Below are positions 58,904 through 64,000 of a stretch of DNA of 64,000 nt, piece by piece. The stretch's first letter is position 1. Each line of letters starts with the position of its first letter. The notes beneath the pieces were generated by a model that worked only from the letters and a program-made list of their open reading frames with translations, ran no database searches and had not been told where the DNA came from. The position numbers and the translations under genes were made by a program. The DNA is from Euprymna scolopes (taxonomy: Eukaryota), in assembly GCA_053919585.1 (NCBI GenBank), contig CM132788.1; one strand, given 5' to 3'.

Positions 58904-60011
58904 CGCCGAAATAGCTTGACGTAAAATGGGGGGGGGGGTTCACCTCAAATACACAAACGGAATGTTCAAGAAAGATTATCGCTACAGTCCTCTGTCTCTT
59001 CTCTCTTGGCTGGTCGGGAATCATCTCCCAGCACCCAGAAATGAACATCGTTTTATAGGTTCCATCTTCACGCACACACGAGATTATGCGAGAATGGACG
59101 AAATAAAAATGCTGGCCGCCATGTTTGTTCTTCCTTTTCTTCGCCTGTACTCACTCGCTGAGCACCCACGTTAAGACTTCTCTTTCTTGCTTCTAACCAC
59201 ACAACATAAAAAAATGTTTTACTGCTAAATACTACATAGTGAGCAGTTTACCCCCAAAGGTGCAGCGTAGCAGTAAAGAAAGACAGTAGTCACATTTGAA
59301 CATCCGTTAACTGGTGTAGTACAGTCCCAATGGCGACATCAGAAGCATAAGTTGAAAGAAAAATCTTAGCTGTAAGGTCAGGATTGATGAAAGAAAGTTT
59401 TGTGAAATTCACTAAAGCTCCTTTGGAGGTATGAAAAGCTGTCATGGCTTCGTCTGTGAGAGACAAGGTTTTCTTTTGAGTGAGTCTGTAAGCTTTAAAC
59501 ATTTATAAAAAAAAACGGCGATAATAATGAGTCCAACATAACGATGTAATTACTGTATGGGAAAATCCTAGACGGCTTGCACTTTTGCATGTAACGGCTA
59601 TATTTGTCGATTCAGTGCCCAAGGAAATTTAGAGTCAACACTGAATTCACACTTTGTGACATTAACTTTTAATCTGAAGAATTGTGAACATCGGAAGACT
59701 TCAGTTATATGCATCAAATGTTCTTGAAAGGATTTTGCAATCAATGTACGTGAAAACAAAGGGTAGCCCATGAAGGATCTCATTGATGAACATTTGGGAG
59801 GCCTGGGTAGCATTACACAGCCCAAAAAAGTAGTCATGTAAACTTTTACAGTCCGAAGGGAGTATAAATAGTAGTCTTAGCAATGTAAGGACGGATTACA
59901 TTGATGATAGAGACTGACAACTAAGAGGAAAAGTCATCCAAATCCGTAGCTGCATTGAGAGCATGCTAATCACCACACGGTCTCTAGTCTACTTCCATTT
60001 TCTTACCATAT

Positions 60012-62415
60012 TGTTAACATATTACCCGAGTTATTTGCACTTGATAGGAACTTGGTTACTTTGGTATCGGGGGCAATTCCCCTGGCAGAGGTAACAGAAA
60101 ATGGTCATGGCGACCTGAATAAAGGCACTTCCTCCTGTGCTAAGTACTTACTGAATAAAGTGTCCTGTTATTATTGCTTCACATAAAATATCCCATATTC
60201 TAATTATAAATGGTGTCAGAAATGGGATGTACTAAATAAATAAATCGTTAATAGAACAGCCCATCTCGAGTCAAGAATGGAGAAAACTACAGGACAGGAC
60301 AACGGATGCACATGGGTGAGTCTGAATACTTTTTCAACCCCTAGCCTCACATTTACACCCAAAATGGTTAACGCCTCATACATTTTACACATTTTGACAT
60401 ATAACAATTACTGAAAATGTCTAACCCATGCGAACCTCCACCAAAATGGACCGGAATCGACCCGGTAACGTTCATGATGCAAATGAAACAGCAGCAGCAG
60501 CAGAATCAGAAGAAGAAGCAGCAGCAGCAGCAGCTCGCCATGCAAGAGCAAATGACACAACTCATGGCACGTTTATTACCTACCGAGCAACACGCGCCCA
60601 CATGTTAATCCCAACCGCCCAATCATAGAACAAGACTCGTCAGACAATAAATGGATCATCTTCAAAGATGCATAACTCTGTTACAAAGAGATTACCCAAC
60701 TCACCAACCCCACAGAAATCCAAAACGAGCTACAATCCGCATGCAGCTCGTCTATTAATGAAATGCTGTTCAATTTCATTGGCCAACAACCAACGATGTA
60801 CACAACCTCATTCTCCGAGGATATGATCAAATCCCAGATCATTGCCGGCTTACGGGACATTTCCCACCATATCAAAATTTTGATAGAGATTAATTCATTG
60901 CCAAGGCTAAGCAATCTAACCTAACGTTTGTTGACTCTAGAGTCTCCTGTCAGAGCATTGAGCCACTTCCGGCCAGCTGAGACCCCACAAATAGCCCCGA
61001 TCAGATCTGTGTCATCACAAAAATTACTGCCACAGAATAAGACAAGTAATGAGAACAAATGTAAAGGTTGTGGTCACAGAGCACACCGAAAAGGGCTGCA
61101 GGCAATGCCTCGCTTGGGGTAAATCGTGCCACAAATGTGGAAGAGAAAACCACTTCTCGAGCACATGCAACAGCAAAGCATTATTCAATGCCATAATTGA
61201 GGATCACTCTGATGATAACCAAAGTGAGGAGACTTATTTCATATCAACCATGAAATATGCAGCCCAGGTGACTAAAAGAAGAGAGAATTCCGCATGGACC
61301 AACACCCAGTTCACACCAGGACAACCAGAGCCACCATGGCTCACAGGCACCGTAGACAATTGATGCATACTGAGGTGAAACTACGATCAACTCAATTAAC
61401 TGCAAAGGCAGATACTGAGGCGCAAACCAGTACAGCTGGAGAGGATATATTGAAGGATCTCGAGTTCCAAACATCTATTACACACGAAGTATCGATTATG
61501 TTCTGTAAACAACAACAACTTGCCCATCATAGGAGCCTTAATCGCCACATTAAAACTTGGTGATGTAACATGCACAGAGATGATTTACAGATGCCCAAAA
61601 ATTAGGGGCCTATATATCTCACAGGCGGCCCTAAAAAAAACTAAGGTTACTGACAATCACTTTCCAATACAAATTAGGAGTCAAGTGGCCACAACAAAGA
61701 TAAACTGTAAACCGGCTAACTGTACATTATCTTCTTGTAGTTACCCATCCAGATCACCTTGTCCACCACTACCAAACAAGCTGCCATTCCCTGCAACACG
61801 TGATTATCGCAACGACCCAGAAAATTGGATCAAGTGTCACTTCGCCAGCAGTGCATTCAACACGTGCACATACCAAAAGTTGTAGACCATGACAGGTGAG
61901 CCACTCACGATTACATTTTTAGATGACTATCAACCCAAAGCCGTTCACAAACTAATCCCAGTCCTCCACCACTGAAAAGAAGCTGTCAAATCCCAGCTAA
62001 ATGCCGACGTAGCACTGAACATAATTGAATCAGTGCCAGCTTAGACACCAACAACGTGGTGTTCCATAATGATCACAGTTCCAAAAAAGAACAGTTGACT
62101 TGCAGAATTTGAACGCAGCAATAAAACGGGAGACACATCACACACCTTTTCCAATCAACTTTGTCAATACAATACTCCCAGCAAAAAAGAAAACCATCCT
62201 CGATGCATAGAATGGATATCACAGTGTTCCTCTTGCTGCGGAAGCACGGGATGCCACCAACTTCATAATAGAATGGGGCAGATACCGATATTTGCGAGCT
62301 CCCCAAGGTTTTCAAGCATCAGATGATGGCTACACAAAGAGATTCGGCACCATTATGGAAGGTTTCCTTTGTGTGCCTCGTTGTGTAGACGATTCCATTT
62401 TATGGGATGATGATA
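60012..62415 (+). mobile_element. 5' part of degenerate Gypsy element K, interrupted in RT by a mariner
   Basis: LTR ~60012-60210, PBS TGGTGTCAGAAATGGGAT (tRNA-Leu type) 60211-60228, poly-Q gag start, CHKCGRENHFSSTC, PR-like KADTEAQ, RT ..RAPQGF..CVDDSILW. Confidence 0.85.
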
Positions 62416-63109
62416 TACGAGGGGCGTGCAATAAGTAATGCCCCTGACCCACTTCCCACAGCAGTAGAGCAACGAAACTTGGTACAGTTATTAGTCTTTT
62501 TCTACATAGGAATCACCCAGAGTTATGCATTTCTCCCATCGTTTGATGCAGCTCTGGAGACCGTTTTTGTAGAACACCCCAGGTTGTTCCTCCAACCACG
62601 ATGTGACTTCAGAAATCAAGGCTGCATCATCTGGAAACGCTTTCCTTTCAAAAACAACTTCATGGCTGGGAAGAGATGAAAATCAGAGAGTGCAAAGTCA
62701 GTAGAGTAGGGAGGATGGGGGAGGATTTCATCACCACACGCCCGTGCTTCTGATCTAGTGACATGCAAGTTGTGAACCGGAGCATTGTCCTGCAGGAAGA
62801 GGGTACCTTTGCTCATCTCGCCTCACCTCTTGATTTTGATAGTTTCCCTGAATTTCCTCAAAAGTGAAGCATAAGAGGTTTCTGTAATTGTGGTACCCTT
62901 TGCCAGGAAATCTGTCATCACTACTCCGTCCTGGTCCCAGAAAACTGTGAGCATGACCTTGCCAGCAGAGGGCTGCACCCTTGTCTTCTTTGGAGGTGGT
63001 GAGTCCAAGTGCTTCCACTGCATTGACTGGGCTTTGGTCTCTGGACCATAGTGATGGACCCAGGTTTCATCCTGTGTAATCAGTCTTTTGAAAAACTTTT
63101 GAAGCAAAA
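62416..63109 (-). mobile_element. 3' half of a mariner (DD34D) transposon
   Basis: Terminus TACGAGGGG.. at a TA site; ITQDETWVHHY, FLQDNAPVH, HPPYSTDFALSDFHLF. Confidence 0.92.
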
Positions 63110-64000
63110 TGTAGTAGGCAAAACAAAAAAATCAGGAACACAGATAGGAAATGGTCAGTATCGCCCACCTCAAGAAGAGAGGATTTCTTGTCTGTAATAA
63201 CCGTGGAGAAAGAAGAAGACAAAAAAAAACAGAAAGAACAAAAACTCGCTTCTCGCAGACACGTGGTTCATACCCAAGAAAAATCCAATCGAATCTAATC
63301 CAATCTAATCGCCAGAACCACCTACACACAATCTGCAGGACGCCCCCGACTCCTGTCCAGTGTCCTGCCTTTATAGCGGCCGGGAATTATGTATTTGCAT
63401 AATCGTGCGAGAGCAAACGCGATTCTTCGATAATTGCATGGAGTAAACACTAATAAAAACCCATAAACCCATGGACACCATCTTGGAACCCACACTTCCG
63501 CTCGGCCCGAAACACAACAGATGTATCCGAGGTAAGCTCTTTAGTTCCCCTCATTTCAGTTATTGCTAATTCTGCTACACTCCCCCCCCCCCTGATCTCA
63601 CAAACGGGGCAGGGGGGCAGTTGTCTTTGTCGGATACTTCTTCGAAGAGCCAGAGGCAGCACTTCCTCTTTATCATCTTCCTCATTACAACCGTTATTGC
63701 CACCAGTCTGTTCCATAGGCGGTGTTTCACAATCAGGGCAGGGGGGCAATAGCCGTCTTTGTCGGGTACTCCTTCGGGTGGTCCCTCTTCCGCTTCTTCA
63801 GTATGTGCATTATATGGCTCAAAATCCTCTACTTCGTCCTGCATCATATTCTCTGTCCTTTCAGAAGACATTGTACTGTCTGAGTCTTTCTCTTCCTCTG
63901 ATGTAACAACATAATGGCGAGGGCGCAGATCTTGCATGCTTGCCGAGTCCTGCCTTGCCAATTTCCTCCAAATGGAGAAACGCGATGGACCACAGTCTGT
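63110..64000 (-). mobile_element. 3' end of element L (same lineage as C/E/G/J by PPT and C-terminus) inserted in the mariner
   Basis: LTR TGTAG..CTACA 63110-63579, PPT GAGATCAGGGGGGGGGGGAG, acidic pol tail with PPCPDCE / PPCPVCE. Confidence 0.8.

Larger units (their letters stand above)
55748..59201 (-). mobile_element. Young element J of the tRNA-Phe-5' PBS lineage lacking protease
   Basis: LTRs 55748-56033 and 58917-59201 (few mismatches), TSD CAACA, PBS AGCTATTTCGGC (58905-58916), PPT GAGATCAGGGAGGCA. Confidence 0.95.
55589..60011 (-). pseudogene. Degenerate Gypsy (CsRN1-like) RT-RNase H fragment hosting elements H, J and K
   Basis: HMVRK..RPCGD, FGLCNATQ..LPFVFTYID, STYASDVAIGTVLHQ, YLAVKHF continuing across element J into 55589-55747 (LTIFMDH..PRELQQMDFI). 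Confidence 0.75.

Noticed and set aside
58905-58916. tRNA-Phe gene on the plus strand
   Set aside because: Only the first 12 nt match, then the LTR begins; no D loop, anticodon or T arm.

Overview
AT-rich eukaryotic (invertebrate-metazoan-like; inference) DNA that is almost entirely a nested pile of transposable elements. It holds a non-autonomous Helitron tandem array, more than a dozen complete or partial LTR retrotransposons (Gypsy-like, one Copia, solo LTRs), two 5'-truncated CR1-like LINEs, a deleted hATm-like DNA transposon and a mariner fragment. Host sequence is limited to a probable first coding exon of an inositol monophosphatase gene (21313-21456) and a broken BTB-domain gene fragment (~40066-40200, minus). 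The top observation is a lineage of LTR retrotransposons, present as several diverged families, whose primer-binding site is not TGG-initiated. It reads AGCTATTTCGGC directly after the LTR CA, the exact complement of nucleotides 1-12 (the 5' end) of metazoan tRNA-Phe. It occurs four times behind dissimilar LTRs, implying priming by a ~12-nt 5' tRNA fragment. Second is a very young Gag-protease-only LTR element in an LTR-int-LTR-int-LTR tandem whose middle LTR is a recombinant of the outer two. Family names come from recalled motifs; no database search was run.
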